Below are positions 24,463-38,903 of a DNA stretch of 64,000 bases, piece after piece. A model generated the notes under the pieces. It was not told where the DNA came from and did no database searches. It was given only the letters and a program-made list of their open reading frames with translations. Both the position numbers and the translations under genes were made by a program. Position 1 is the first letter of the stretch. Each line of letters starts with the position of its first letter. Source of the stretch: Squalus acanthias (Eukaryota); NCBI GenBank assembly GCA_030390025.1, contig CM059439.1:35960001-36024000 (forward strand). Reading direction: 5' to 3'.

Positions 24463-26373
24463 TTAAAGAGACAGGTTTACAAGTTATATTTTAAAAACAG
24501 TTCAATAAAGTTTTGCACTAAATATTCTATAGTTTTTACAATAATATGAACCACATGGAATTCCCCTGAATTCTGTTGCAAACTACAGCCTGCGAGTCTA
24601 GAATCAATGATGTCAGAAATGGATGCAATATTCTTTGATGAATGCCATTTGGCACTGGATGGTGGCCTTGGAGTGCTCCCAAACATAACGCAAAACCAAA
24701 GAAGTGCTTTTTTAAAATTTGTTTGAGAGTCTAATGGCTATTACATCACTGCTACCAATGGCTATGGTCAGCACTTCTGTATAGGCCATTGCCCCAGTAG
24801 CAAACCAAAACTGCTGCTGAGATAGAGGTCAACATATCCTGGAACCAAGCAGTTCAACACACCCATACAGGCCAGTAATGCAGTTTTTTGGTCACTGATC
24901 TGCACTTTCTCCAAGTCATTTTAAAATGGTGAAAACCAAAAAAAAAGTTACAAATTACAGCTTTAAAAAAAAAGTTGTATTTAACAAGGAGAAAGGGAAT
25001 TTATTTGGGAAGTTCTTGTACTGTGAAATTCAAGCCCAAGATACAAACAGGTGCAGATTTCTCAGTAATGCAAACCTTTGGTAATAGTGTAAATAATAAT
25101 AGGCATAGGGAGGAGCCAACAGCTGTAACCTAATTTCTAGGTTTATTTAAAGCCATCCATATTCTACCACTTGCCAAACAAAGCTGTAGTGTGCTGGTAG
25201 TGCAATAGTGTTAGGACAAACTTAATACTCTCAAAAAGGTTATGAAAATTAATTCAGAAATTAACTTTAAACACCAAGATCCTGCCATAGGTACGACACT
25301 AAAACTATTATCCAAGCACACTGTTGGCATCAGCACACCCACAGTTTAATATAACAGGAGCTACAATGCTCCTAAAAAAAAGGCAGTGGGATTTCTGGAT
25401 CAGTATGATATAATCAAATCTTTTGAAGGTTCTGGTAGCAACTTTTACTAAAATGAGAATCACAAGGTTAGGGAAAGTGCATTCATAAATATTATTTTTT
25501 TTAAATTGCACTGTGGCATAAACATGTCTGCAAAGTATGCAATTTGAAAGAACTTGGCCTTCACATAGCTGACTTAAAGCAAACCACAAAGCATAAAACA
25601 TTTGAAGGTGGTGTGCCAGCTTAACACCTCTTTAAAAAAAAAGCTAAAACCACTACTAACACATTACTAAATACATTACAAAGTAGCGATACTTTGAAAT
25701 ACCGTCGATGGAAGCATGCCGGTTTTTGAAGAACAAAGGTGGTGATGCACAGATCATACAGTCCTAATAACCGACTGAAAATTGTGGCGAACTTGCCGCT
25801 ATCCGCATCAGAGCCAATACTGTCACTACCAGCATGAAGTACCCAAAACTAAATGAAACCATCTCCCATGTTGGAACAAAAACTAAAGGAATAGAATGTG
25901 AAAAGGCCATTTGGACCATTAACCTTACTCTTTCCACAGTGTATGCAATTTACCTTATCATGCACTTTTACATCATAGCCTAAAAGGAAAGAACTGCAAA
26001 AATACTCCCTATTCCCATCCTCAAATTTCCACTATCCAGCCCTGGCTGGTTGAAAAATTTCCCCTCTTACCCCAGCAGCACATCAGTTACAAACCATTAG
26101 CATTTCACTGACTGGATCAAATTGCTGCTGTGTAATCACTCTTTGGTATACATCGCTCTCAATTCGACTTGTACTTATGTATATTAGAAGTTTCTACCAC
26201 CAATCTCAGGGCCATATCATGACTGATCCTTTATCTGTGGTACAAAAAGCAGTAGCTGATATCAGAAATGAAAAATAATTGTTGTGAAAACTAGTGAGAT
26301 GAAAAAAAGTTTGGAATACATGGAGATTATTCCATGATCCAGCGTAGCCTGTCATTCAAAAGCATAGACATAC

Positions 26374-26499
26374 CTGTGAAGTCCTTGTGTATTCTTCATA
26401 AAGCCGGTCATATTCTTTACTCTTATCCTGATATTGGTTATGGTATTCCTGCAGTTTTTTGCCAACAGCATCAATATTGTCTTCTTTCACCACCTGATC
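26374..26499 (-). CDS. PIK3R3: PIK3R3 coding exon 5 (iSH2 coiled coil)
   Basis: [42 protein letters not shown]; 126 nt; phase 0/0; AG/GT flanks. Confidence 0.97.
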
Positions 26500-26634
26500 C
26501 TATTTAACAAAGTGAGCAGCACATCATACAACAGCTATATCCTCATCAAGATTAGCTTCATCATGAAGACAGACACTGCTAAAAATTGTGTAAAACTAGA
26601 AGTAATTGGATATGATTTCTAAGAAAAAAAAAGT

Positions 26635-27666
26635 GGCCCAGAAATTGCGGTCCTGATGACTATTTCGCCTTTGAAACTGACCGCAATTTCAGGATTTAGC
26701 ACATGCGCATCCTAATGTGGAAATGCAGAAGTTGCAGTCGGTCATTCACTGCTCCTCCACAGACTGCGCTGTGCCCACTCCACCCCCACACACAGAGCAG
26801 GCAATCAGTGAAATCTCTCAAATCATGGAAACTGACGCAAACTTCGGCTCTTAATTACGTTGTTAAATACCCCATTAAAAGTTAGACCCAAAGGGGTTAG
26901 GTGTAACTGGAGTTTTAACAGTGTATTGACTGCTAAACAAAGGTTATGGCCCTGGAAAATTAATTTTAGTGTCAAATTTATCCATTTCAATAAAAATTAA
27001 AAATTTTAAGAAACTTTTAAGTTTGTTCATCTTTATTTCAGTTTGCCTTTTCCCTATGTGAGAGCCCCAATCTTTGTTTTGCGCTCGCTAACATTTTTAA
27101 AAAGTTAGAATTTTAAGAGCTTACCCACTTCCTGGTTCGCTGTCTGAGAATTCTGCATTTTGATTGGCTGCTTCACAGAGTCACCACAGTGCAGATAGAG
27201 GCCATTTCGGCCCATCGAGCCTGCACCGACACATATCCCACCCTATCCCCGTAACCCCACGTATTTAATCCCCCTAACACTAAGTGTCAATTTATCATAG
27301 CCAAATCAACCTAACCCGCACATCTTTGGACTGTGGGAGGAAACCGGAGCACCCGGAGGAAACCCATGCAGACACGGGGAGAATGTGCAAACTCCACACA
27401 GACAGTCACCCGAGGCCGGATACGAACCCGGGTCCCTGGCGCTGTGAGGCAACAGTGCTAACCACTATGCCACCGTGTTGCCCTTAGACAGCTTGTTGAC
27501 ATAACAGCAGCTCGCACTATGAGATCCCCACTATTCTACGTTGATTTGAACTACGCGCCAGAAAAACCCGAACTTTGATGCAAAGATCGCGATATCTTTG
27601 TGCGAAGCTTTAGTCGGGACCAGCGGCGAGCAACTTTGCTTTGCCGCTGACTGCAAATTCTGCGTC
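26635..27666. mobile_element. Non-autonomous Harbinger-like element with a nested SINE
   Basis: TIRs GGCCCAGAAATTGCGGTC and GACGCAGAATTTGCAGTC (rc); AGT TSD at 26632-26634 and 27667-27669. Confidence 0.75.
27175..27483 (-). mobile_element. HE1-type V-SINE (tRNA-derived)
   Basis: A box GGTGGCATAGTGG, B box GGTTCGTATCC, V-domain TGTGTGGAGTTTGCACATTCTCCCCGTGTCTGC, and a CR1-like GATGGGCCGAAATGGCCT tail. Confidence 0.9.
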
Positions 27667-28163
27667 AGTACTTCTTTTTATTCATTGAAAGATGATTTTT
27701 ATTCCACCTAGCAGCTAATTATAATAAACACTTTGCAACCATTATATTTAATGCTTTAGATAATGTGTGGAGTAGATTTCCCTGCACAATGCTAGACAAA
27801 ATTGGTATTACAGGACAATACAGTCTATCAACAGAGGTTTCTGCATCAAACTAATAATCAAGTTCATGCCTGCATTAAAAATATGGCAAAGCACATCCAA
27901 TACCCAAGGCATCTGCTCCATTTATGATTACATTAGAATTTCCTGAAAAAAATGTGTTTGGTATACCAGATTAATCCGTCACATTTATTACTCTTTGACC
28001 ACATGCATTTTAATGAGTAGCCCTTTAAATGGTAGCCATTCCTGTCACAGTAACCCTTCATTAACATACCACACCTCATTGAGGACTCCTATGTTAATAT
28101 GGCACCCAGAAACGACATTATAAGAGAGGTTCTACTACCAAATCCAGGAAATATAAAGGCTCA

Positions 28164-28379
<216 letters not shown>

Positions 28380-29965
28380 TCAGTTGAGCAGCTGTACATC
28401 TGTACACTCAAGAATACATCAAAAGGATGCAATTAGACTTACAAAGGGAGATCCTGATGCTGCTCTACTTTTGAGGACTGCATTAAGGTAAACAAAAGCA
28501 ACAAACTTCAGCTGAGCAGCTCTCATGGTAGAGTGCTGGACTATGACACAAAGGTTTGAGCTTAATTGCAATCCTATATTTCAAATCTCCTTAATGATCA
28601 GTTTGCACACAACCTCAGACCATGTCCCTCAGTGAAGACACCCTGCAGTATCTCAGCACTCTAGTGGAGAAGAGGACAACTTGCAGTATTAGCAATACGT
28701 CTTGAGGAGTGGGGTACAAAGTGACGTGAACCGATTATCAAAAGGGTTTAATGTTTTTAAATCACGACGACTGTTGTAAAGAAATTGTAGTGCCTCCATT
28801 GAAAATACGAGGCAATTGTTAATGGCAATTCACTTTTCACCCCAGGTCAGATAAATGTACACCAATGCAGGATGCAGCCTCTACTATACCCCAAAGTGCC
28901 TTGAATTCCAATATCATACAGTCAGCTCCCCTGCACCAATGTGACACTTCCATTTCCTAGAATATTGCCACCGATCATCAATCAATGCCAGTTTGGACCT
29001 TTATGAGCTGGGCTCAAGCTGGTCGTAATCATTTCACATTGAAAGCTTGGGGTCGAGTTAGATGTGGTTTTCATTTCATCATTCGGAGGTAGATCAAACG
29101 GAGGTTCAATTATAGCCTATTAACTTGCTGTATTGAGTACTCCATGGCATGTCACTTCATATAGACTTTTAATGGGAACCGAACCATCCTGACAACAGTA
29201 ACACCTTGGAAAAAAGATATCGGAATCCTTCCTAATACAACATGTGAAATGCTTTTGTATCTGCAATAATTTATTAGTTTACAATAAGGCTCCTCCATCC
29301 TCTTCACCTATGTTCAGTTTTAAAGTAAGACTCTCACAGTAAGTGTTTGATTCCCATCAACCTCAAGCTTTTCATGGAGGCCGACAGTCTACGGCATACA
29401 CCTATGTCTATTATTCTCCGCTAAGTCTTTTCCTTATTTGAAGGTATTTAACAACACTGATCCCTCCTTTTATGTTCTTATACTGGTCTTGGGCTGCACA
29501 ATGTAGGAGAAAGTTCAACAGAATGGCTGGCACTGAATTGTAAAGTAATCCAAATGAAGCAAAGCTTGTTCATCACCAGAACCCGACTGAAGTATTGTCT
29601 CAAACCGGCCACCAGTCATGCTCTCAACCATGCCATTAAACAGAGGCTACGGGAACAAGCCAAAAACATCCAGTGCTGCTTTTGTGCAACTCCTAGCAGC
29701 CAGCAATAGATTGGTACTGGCAGAGGTCTGGGACCAGGTCTCCAGCCTGTCCTCTCAGTTAGGGACACATGGCATGGGAAGGTGATAGAATGGGGTATAA
29801 GCCAACAAGAGTTTAACAACAAAAAGAATCAGGTTTTATACTATATAGTTTTATGGGTTTTAAAATTAACCTTGTATTTCTATATCAATATGCTGGGCAT
29901 GTTAAATGTTGAAAGTTGCATGATGTAGTGATGGGGCAATAAAAATGACAGTGACCTATAACCGA

Positions 29966-30423
29966 AGATAAGTAGCACTCTTGCCTCGGAGTCAGGAGGT
30001 TGTGGGTTCAAGGCCCACTCTAGATACTTGGAGCACAAAATCTAGGCTGATACTCCAGTGCAGTACTGAGGGAGTGCTACATTGTCGGAAGTGCTTCCTT
30101 TTGGACGAGATGTTAAACCGAGGCCCCGTCTACCCTCTCGAGTGCACCTAAAAGATACCATAGCATTATTTTGAAGAAGAGCAGGGGAGTTCTCTCCGGT
30201 GTCCTGGCCAATATTTATCCCTCAATCAACATCACCAAAACCAAGCACCAAAACAGATTATCTGGTCATTATCACATTGTTGTTTGTGGGAGCTTGCTGT
30301 GCACAAATTGGCTGCCACGTTTCCTACATTACAACAGTAACTACACTTCAAAGTGCTTCATTGGCTGCAAAGCACTTTGGGATGTCCTGAGGTCATGAAA
30401 GGCACTACAGAAATGCAAGTCTT
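29966..30423 (+). mobile_element. SacSINE1-like DeuSINE
   Basis: tRNA-like head (GGGTTCAAGGCCC), Deu-type core GATGTTAAACCGAGGCCCC...GGTGTCCTGGCCAATATT, and an L2-like tail AAATGCAAGTCTT. Confidence 0.8.
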
Positions 30424-30564
30424 CCTTTCTTTTCTTTATGACTTCTCTTCACTGGTTTTGGCTACAGCAGATTCTTGGGTAGGCTACATTACATAGAATT
30501 TAACTCCTCTGTAAAAAGCAAATGACTAAATTTATCTCCACTGCTGACCCAAATGTGTAAAGTC

Positions 30565-30850
30565 ACTCCTTAGTGTGATGCTGAACTATACAGATCAAAA
30601 ACATATCAGGTCAGTCACCTGTGTGCTGACTTAGCTAATCACTGCTAGGTAGCAACTGCGTTGTTACAACTGGCACCAACACCTCTGGGCTGTCTGTTAG
30701 GTGGGAAATGGATGCAGAGAGTGAGAAAGCTCCTATCACTGCCCTGTGGCTTCTGCTAAAAAGTGCATGTGTATGGATGTTGAGTGAAGACAAGACTGGG
30801 AACAGTGTGATGCCCTCCACATTCAAAAAGCCTGCCAATAGTCACTGCCC
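30565..30850 (+). mobile_element. Old SINE-like repeat (family also at about 52855-53450, 60290-60680 and 38480-38670)
   Basis: Shared blocks TGTGCTGA..TAGCT(A/G)A, (G)AAAAGTG(C/T)A..TGTG and TCAAA(A/T)AGCCTG recur among the copies. Family not identified. Confidence 0.5.
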
Positions 30851-32039
30851 AGGCTTGCACAAGATGAAAACCAGTTTGGACAGAGAACAGCGGCTGTCTG
30901 CCGGTCCCGCACAGCCCGGGACCGGCTTTTCCCAATGTGAAATTTCGTGCACGTGCGAAACTTTGAATGGGCCGCGCAGCCCGTTAAAGGGACCGTGCAC
31001 CCAAATTTAAAATTGAGGGGACCATTGAGATCAATTCCTTTGGAAACAATACACGAGTTAGTGCTGTAGGAAGTAGGAGAAAACGGAAGAGAAAATACAT
31101 TAATGGACACCAGCTGATCCCTCATTTAAAAAAAGAGCAACGGTATTAAAATAACCACCTTTCCAAAAAAAGCTTCCATTGCAATTAAAAGGTTTAGCAG
31201 AAATCGTGCAAGTGTTCTTAGTAATATTTCATTGAAGTTTTTAAATAAGCTAATAATGAGAGTGAATTAAGCGGGAATAATGTTGTGCTAAACAGGTAAT
31301 TGGCTGCATTAACAAATCAAGCAGTGGTTTGTGCAGTTCAAAGAAAAATAGGGATTCCGGGCGAAGAAATACTTCTACAGCTGTCATACCAGTATAATAA
31401 GATTTACATGAGAGTAGCGGCAGTATCCATTTTCTGCACAGATCATCACCAAGTTTTCTTATTTGATCACAATAGAAATAAAAATGCATTTTGATTGATC
31501 TTTAAAATGTAATGGAGGAAAGTCAGATATGACCTATAATATTATGCGACACTGGCTGAAATCACTCAATGAGACACTGATGAGTTACACTAGCAAGCCC
31601 ATGACAGAGCACGCCATGCAAATACATACATTGGATTGGGTGGCATCGACTCGTTTGATTAATTATTTAGTGGCGAGAAGGTATAATTATGTAAAGCACA
31701 TCTTTGCAGTACACATCAAATAGCTACTCTAGCATGCCCACAACATAGGAGATCACTCCAGTATCTGCTCATAGTAACAAGAGTGGGTATCAACAGAATA
31801 CAGCTGGCAAGTTTTTTTTTAAAAGAAAAAAGTGCAATTTGTTCCAAATTATTTAAAAAAAAGTGAAAATCAAGCACAACTTTGATCCACACAATGTACA
31901 GAGAATTCAGTTCAGACAGACTGACCTACAATGGTCTTCTCACCCATTGGCCTATTTATTGGAGAGTGAGCAAGAGTGTGACCAAGGCATTTTGTGGAAA
32001 AGCACTTTATGGGTAAGGAAGGAATGAGATTCATGATTG

Positions 32040-33330
32040 GCCCAGCACACTAATTGCCGATGCTAATAAAATCTCAGAGGAATTCAGCAATCCAGTCAAT
32101 ATTGTATATCTAAACTTTCAAAAAGCTTTTGACGAAGTGCCGCACAAAGGCTACCAAGTATATTTGAGTTTGTGGCATTAGCGGGAAGATTTTGAGTCAG
32201 ATAAGGAACTGTTTACATTTGTGCAGACAGAAAATAGTTATTAGTGATGCGTGGGGGACCAGTCACTAGTGGACTCCCACAGGGATTGGTGTTGGGGCTG
32301 TTGCACTTCAGCATCTTTATAAGCGATCTAGATGAAGGCATCAGGGAAATTATCTGCAAGTTTTTGAAGGACATGAGCAGATGCAAGGACTTTAGATGAA
32401 AAAAAGAGATTGCAGGTGGATGTAGATGCAATAGTGGAATGGGCCAGTGTCTGTCAGATGTCTTTTAATATAGACAAATGCAACATGAAGCAGATGGAGC
32501 AACTCCAAGCATGTATACACCATGGAGGGTTGAGTGCTTGAGGCTACCGAGTGGGAGAAGGACCAGATATTTATAGTGCATGATTCACTGAAGGTATATG
32601 ACCACTGCCATGAGGCTATTGTGATAGCGAATAGGGTATGAGAATGTATTGCTAGGACAAGTAAAAGACAAAAAATACTATCCTTTCTTTGAACAAAGCC
32701 TTGGTCAGGCCACATTTAGAATAAAGTGTCCAGTTTTGGTCTGCTCACATAGTGGGTGATGGAGGCCCTGCAAAAGGTTCAGAGGAGGTGCTTAGTTTCG
32801 GGACAGAATTAGAGGAAAGTGTATACTTTGAGGAAATATGATTGTGTTCTTTAAAATAATGAAAGGATTAGACTCAGTCCATGTGGATATTCTATGAGTA
32901 AGATAGGAATAGAGGACATACTTATAAGTTGTAAAAGTGTAGTTGTAAAAGTGTAGAATTAGGTTAGATGCTTGGGGGTATTTCTTTTTGCAGAGAGTCA
33001 CCATCTGTTGGAATAAGTTGCCTGGATGTGCAGTGAGTGTAGATTTGCTGCAAGCATTTAAAAAGGGAGCTGGGCGAGTACCTGAGAGTTGCAAACATCT
33101 CGACATATAGGAGGTATGTGGGTCATTGGGGATTAGTGGCACCAATCACTCAGGTCTCTTGAAGCTTGAATTCTTGCCTTCAGGGGGTCAGAGAGAAATT
33201 TCCCAGTGTTTCCCTGCACCCCGCCCCCCCCGCAAATTGGTTTCAGGTTTTTTCCTAGCCTCTTCCAGGAGACTGCATGGGGGTGATGGCACACGCAGAT
33301 TACACCATGCCAGGACAGGACAGGCTCAAG
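32040..33330 (+). mobile_element. Highly degenerate CR1 LINE
   Basis: YLNFQKAFDEVPHK and VTSGLPQGLVLG RT remnants; 3'UTR like that at 4260-4520. Confidence 0.8.
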
Positions 33331-33586
33331 AACCAGATGGCCTTCTTCCATTCTTTTTTGTTAGTTATTTCCTAAGAGTTTCTGTAAGGATGCAGCATGT
33401 AAATATTTGTGCACGTGAGCAGGGGATGGGGGGGTGGGGGGGGGTGGTGACTTCGGCACCATTTACATCTTGCTTGGTTCAATAAGTGACAAGTAAATAT
33501 CAATGTAGAAGTTTAAAAATCCAGCAATCAAGATCTAGAAAATTAGCATAGCACTTTCATTAAATTATCAATGCCTTTTTTCCTTA

Positions 33587-33784
<198 letters not shown>

Positions 33785-34308
33785 CTAGTAGACATTTATT
33801 GCAAACATGTGATTTATCCCTGCAAAGCTGCTCCTGTTAAAACCCAATCTGCTAGATTACCACTATGACAAGACTAGTAACACTATTCTGTCTGCTCTTC
33901 CATGTAAATATTAATTATGCATTGTTGCTACTCCAACTGCATTTAATGGTTATTCAATGTCTCATCACTTTACCTTTTTGTTCCTTATCTTTTCCATTTC
34001 ATATCCAAGATAATTCTTATCTGTAATTAGCTTTCCTGCTTGATCCTGCATGGATAGGCCTGTTAAGAAAGTTGCTGCTCGCCCGAAAAGATTTTTTTTC
34101 AAAGCCATGTTGCTTGATTCAATTGATCTGATTTGACCGAAACCTTGTGTGACACACAAAACTGATTATTTCAGTTAAATTTAGCAGCAGGAGCAGCTGG
34201 ACTAGGCTGAGGCCCTTACTTATCAAGTCAATGGGTTTTGTTAAGCAAAGCTGGCAGCTATATCGCAACAGCTGATAGGAGTGCACCAAGCACAAATGAT
34301 ATATCTAC

Positions 34309-34420
34309 CTAGAGATGTCTCCCCAGTACCACTCAGCATCTTGTAGAGATATGCTTCCACCGTCTTTGATTCCATTGGCAGTTATTGACGTCATGGGTTT
34401 CGGTGGCTTTGGAGGAAGAG
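34309..34420 (-). CDS. PIK3R3: PIK3R3 coding exon 2 (Pro-rich motif, start of nSH2)
   Basis: (A)[36 protein letters not shown](R); AG/GT flanks; 112 nt; phases fit neighbouring exons. Confidence 0.97.
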
Positions 34421-35289
34421 CTGCAAGCAACAGAAGGAGAAAAAACATGAATATAGAAGAAGCCCGAGAGTCCTCTATATTTCTTTTCCATCACGATAAA
34501 ATACCTGTGTTTGAATAGAATGGAGACTGACCAGCACAATTAACGCACACTTTAGGTGTTGGTTTGCTGTTTACCAATTTTAGTTTGCCATGTTCCTATT
34601 TTATTAATTCCTTACCTATATGGCACTCTACAAAGTAGGTAAGAAACTTTTGAAAAAAATGTTATTTGACCCATAAAACAACTCAGATGTTTCAGATGAG
34701 CAGGAACAATGAACTGAGGTGGCAGGTGTTAGCAGTGGCAATCCCAGCTCTATCCGCTGCTATATAAAATGTTTACTGAGCTCTATTCACCAATAACACT
34801 TTAATGAAGAAATAAGTTGATGATAACCTGATGTGTATAATCAGCACTGGATTTACAAACACAGTGAGGTATCTTAGAAGACTCATGTTCTTTTATTATC
34901 TGCTTCTGGAAAGTGAGGGAGGAAACCCCTTGTAAAATTCCTTGGATTTATTTTCTCTTCCACAAAAGGAAGAACCTATCTAACCAGACTATACTGCTAC
35001 ATTGCCTGGCTGTATGGTGGACTGCAGGGGTAATCAATTACACCTCCTGCCCACTTCAGAAGGGTCTTGTGTACAGAGTTTACTACCTCTAGCGCGGAGT
35101 TAAGCTCCAAATTGACACAAACTACTCCAACTTCAAGGAGTAAATTAGAAGTGGGTGACTTGCTTCGACAAGCTATATACTCACTTTGTTTCTGAGCAAA
35201 TTATTACAGAACAATGTTATGTGACCGTAGATACAAGGAAAAATAAAAATAAATCAACGGGAGGAACTAACTAGATTCAATACAAGTAA

Positions 35290-36875
35290 AACAAACTGGT
35301 GATGGAGAAACTGATGAGAGTAAAGATAGACAAATCTCCAGGACCCAGTAGTTTCCACCCCACGGTATTAAAAGTAGCAAAATGAGGAAATTGTTGATCA
35401 GTTAGTCATGATCTTCCAAAACTCTCTCGATTCAGGAATTGTCCCTTGGATTGGAAAATTGCCACTCCAATATTTAAAACAGGTAAGAGATAAACTAGGA
35501 AATTATAGACCTTTTAGTCCAACACCAGTTGTGGGGAAGTTACTAGAATCTGTTATTAGGGACAACGTTACTGAACATTTGGACAAATATGAGCTGATCA
35601 GAGAGAGCCAGCATGGATTTGTAAAGGGCAAGCCATGTTTAATGAACCTAGTTGAATTTTTTGAGGAGGTAACTAATGTGGTAGATAAGGGAATGTCTAT
35701 GGATGTCATTTATATGGACTTCCAGAAGGCATTTGACAAGGTTCCACATAAGAGACTGTTAACAAAAATGAGAGCGCATGGAATTGGAGGCAACCTATCA
35801 GCTTGGATAGGATATCGGTTAAGAGGAAGGAGACAGAGAGTAGGGATAATGGGCATGTACTCAAATTGGCAGGATGGGATTAGTGGTGTCCGCAGGGATC
35901 TGTATTGGGGCCGCAGCTTCTCACTATATTTGTAAATGATTGGATGAAGGAACAGAGAGACGTATATCTAAGTTTGCTGATGACACTAAGTTAGTTGGCA
36001 CAGTAAATAGTGCAGTTGGGAGCAGAAAGTTGCAAAGGGACATTGACAGATTAAGTGAATAGGCAGAAAACTGGGGCAGATGGAGCTCGATGCAGGAAAG
36101 TGTGACGTCATCCACTTTGGATCCAAGAAAGATAGATCAGAGTATTTTCAAATGACGAGAAGCTTGGAACTGTGGATGAGTAGAGAGATTTAGGGGTCTA
36201 TGAAATCACTAAAAGCTAGTGGACAAGTATAAAAAATTATTTAAAAGACGAATAGAATGTTGGCCTTTATCGCAAGAGGGCTGGAACACAAAGAGGTGGA
36301 AGTTAGGTTACAGCTGTGCAGAGCTCTAGTTAGACCTCATCGGGAGTACTGCAGTCAGTTCTGGGCACCGCACCTCAGGAAGGATAGATTAGTCTTGCAG
36401 GGGGTGCAACACAGATTCACCAGAATCATACCGGGGCCAAGGGTTAAATTAGGAGGACAGGTTGCACGGACTAGGCTTGTATTCCCTTGAATATAGAAGA
36501 TTAAGGGGTCAATTAATTGGAGGTGTTTATGATGATTAAATGATTTGATAGGGTAGATAGAGACTATTTCCTCTAGTGGGAGAGTCCAGAACAAGGGGGT
36601 ATAACCTTAAAATTAGAGCTAGGCTGTTCAGGGGTGAAGCCAGAAAGCACTTCACCACAAAGAGTAGTGGAAATCTGGAAAACTCTTCCCCAAAAAGCTG
36701 TTGAGGCTAGGTCAATTGAAAATTTTAAAACTGAGTGACAGATTTTTTTTTAGGCAAGGGTATTAAGGGTTATGGGACCAAGGCGGGTAGATGCAGTTAA
36801 GATACAGATCAGCCATGATCTAATTGAATGGCGGTACATGCTTGAGGGACTGAATGGCCCACTCCTGTTCCTATG
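35290..36875 (+). mobile_element. CR1 LINE fragment with RT domain (intron 1, antisense to the gene)
   Basis: ORF 35408-35935 has NYRP...SQHGFVKGK...YMDFQKAFDKVPHKRL; FADDTKL downstream; 3' tail to about 36875. Confidence 0.95.
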
Positions 36876-37989
36876 AAAAAGAAGTTTTCAGTTGACTCAA
36901 ATTTGTGGCTTCATTGAAAAGCAATTGTAAAAAAAAGTTAAATTAAGCCAGACATAATTTTGAAGTTGTAAGGTTAAACTCGGAACCAAATTTCGAATCT
37001 CAGTGATCCAAATTTTGGGCACTTCAGAATTTCTTTCAGAACAATTTTGCACAAATCAGTCTTTAAAATCAGTGAAGGCACTTACCTTGCCTACACAAAT
37101 CAGATGATGGTTAAACGCAACTGAATTGAAAGTATTGGTCATTTAAGAATAGATTATAATTCTCACCCAATGCTTAAGCCAGTTATATATCACTTTGGTG
37201 CAGAATTCTGCTGATGTAGAAGTTGCGGTTATACTTTAAAAATAAAAGTTTCAGACATACAACTGCTAGATATCAAGTATCATAAGCCAACTTGAGGTTG
37301 CCAAAACAGCCTGCCCTCAATCAAATAATGTGCCGAATTGTATTATTCTTGATAACCATCACCTCTTTATGGTTGGCCACTGAGAGATACTTGCTTTCAA
37401 ACTGTATAACCACAGGTAGTTTGTAATGTAGTTTCAGTTTCACTACGTACTGTAGGGCATTACTCACAGTTGATAGGAAACTCCCGCTAGAAAATTTAGA
37501 AAAAAATTAATGACATGAATCTCTCTCTTGCTCGGTAAAACTGAAAAATCAAATTACAAGGTCACAAAGATGAATTTTTTTCTTCCCTCCCCCAAACTCA
37601 CTTTGTCTGTCTTATTCAGATTTTAATATGGATCCCCAATATGTGACGCAAGCTTCAATTTATTGTGGGATTTCCTACCCCAAATGAAACTCATATTGGG
37701 GAAAGCAATGGTAGTATTTACATCAATCAACCTGTTACTCCTTCCACCATACATCTTTCCCTGGAATTTCTAGGTCTCAGACTATTCCCCCAGAATTCCA
37801 AGACACAGCCTTCCATTCAGCAAGCTATCCAGGAACTGACCAAATTCATCTAAGACAAGTGGAGCAACAGATCGCAGTCACTTAAGAAGCAAACTCATCA
37901 CTTTCTTGGATAATTGTAAACATTAATACTGCTCGAGCTACCACGCCATGAACTTTAGCAAAAAAAACCCACTCATTTTATACCTCAGG

Positions 37990-38285
37990 CACAGTGGGCC
38001 AGAATGCTCTGCTTTAACCCCAAATATCTGGGTTCAAATCTAATCCACACTGATGGGATAGCTGCCCCTTCAATATGAAATAAGGCAAGGGTACTCCAAT
38101 CAAATTTCAAGTGGGTGTAAATCCACAGAACAAAACTAATCATAATTTGTTTGTAATGACAATTTTACCTGGAGAGGCAGCAGGAATGTTTTGTACAGAA
38201 ATATAAATATCAGATTCACTCTGCTGAGGTCGAGTTGAGACACCTCGTTCGGATAGTTTTGTGGGAGCTTTATTCTGCATCAAAG
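37990..38285 (+). mobile_element. Ancient LF-SINE-like tRNA-derived SINE remnant
   Basis: CTGGGTTCAAATC B-box-like head and GGGAGCTTTATTCTGCATC 3' block. Similar remnants at about 820-900, 10575-10820 and 11200-11310. The family assignment is tentative. Confidence 0.4.
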
Positions 38286-38674
38286 CAGGAATTGCTGGAC
38301 CCAACAATGGGCACAATAAGTGAAAAAAACTTTGCCCAACAAATCAAACACATGTGTTAAATGTGATGATAAAAAATAAACAGCACGCGATTAATTTGGT
38401 TCTTGCATAATATTTCCGCCCACCCCGCACCCTGCCTTCATTGATTTTCTTCCCACCCCTCCCCTTGAAGGCAGCAACTCCTGGGTAGGTCCTCACCCAA
38501 GTTGCTATCATTTATGCTGCAGCGTTGATAATGAATGCCTGCTATTCAATGATAGAGGCATCACAGCTGAACCCAAGACAGTCCTCAAAGTAACATCCAC
38601 ACACACTTCTAGCAGGGATCACTGGATAGTGAGCAGCAGTGGTCACGCTGGCTGATTTTCTCTTCCCTAGCTAG

Positions 38675-38903
38675 GGGGCGCCCCCCACCCCACCCACCCT
38701 ACCTCCCCATCTCACCCCCCCTCCCCTCCCCACCCCATCCCCTCCCCCCTCCCCACCACCTCCCCTCCCCCTCACCTCCCCTCCCCCATCCCCCCCACCT
38801 CCCCTCCCCAGCACCCCCTCCCCCCCACCTCCCCTCCCCAGCCCCCCCACCTCCCCAATCCCATCCCCCTCTCCCCAACCCACCCTCACCTCACCCCACC
38901 CCC
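38675..38903. repeat. C-rich low-complexity tract (G-rich on the pre-mRNA strand)
   Basis: Repeated CCCCCCACCTCCCCTCCCC-type units. Confidence 0.9.

Noticed and set aside
27420-27483. tRNA-like A/B boxes (also near 29970 and 61820)
   Set aside because: These are SINE heads that continue into SINE bodies, not tRNA genes.
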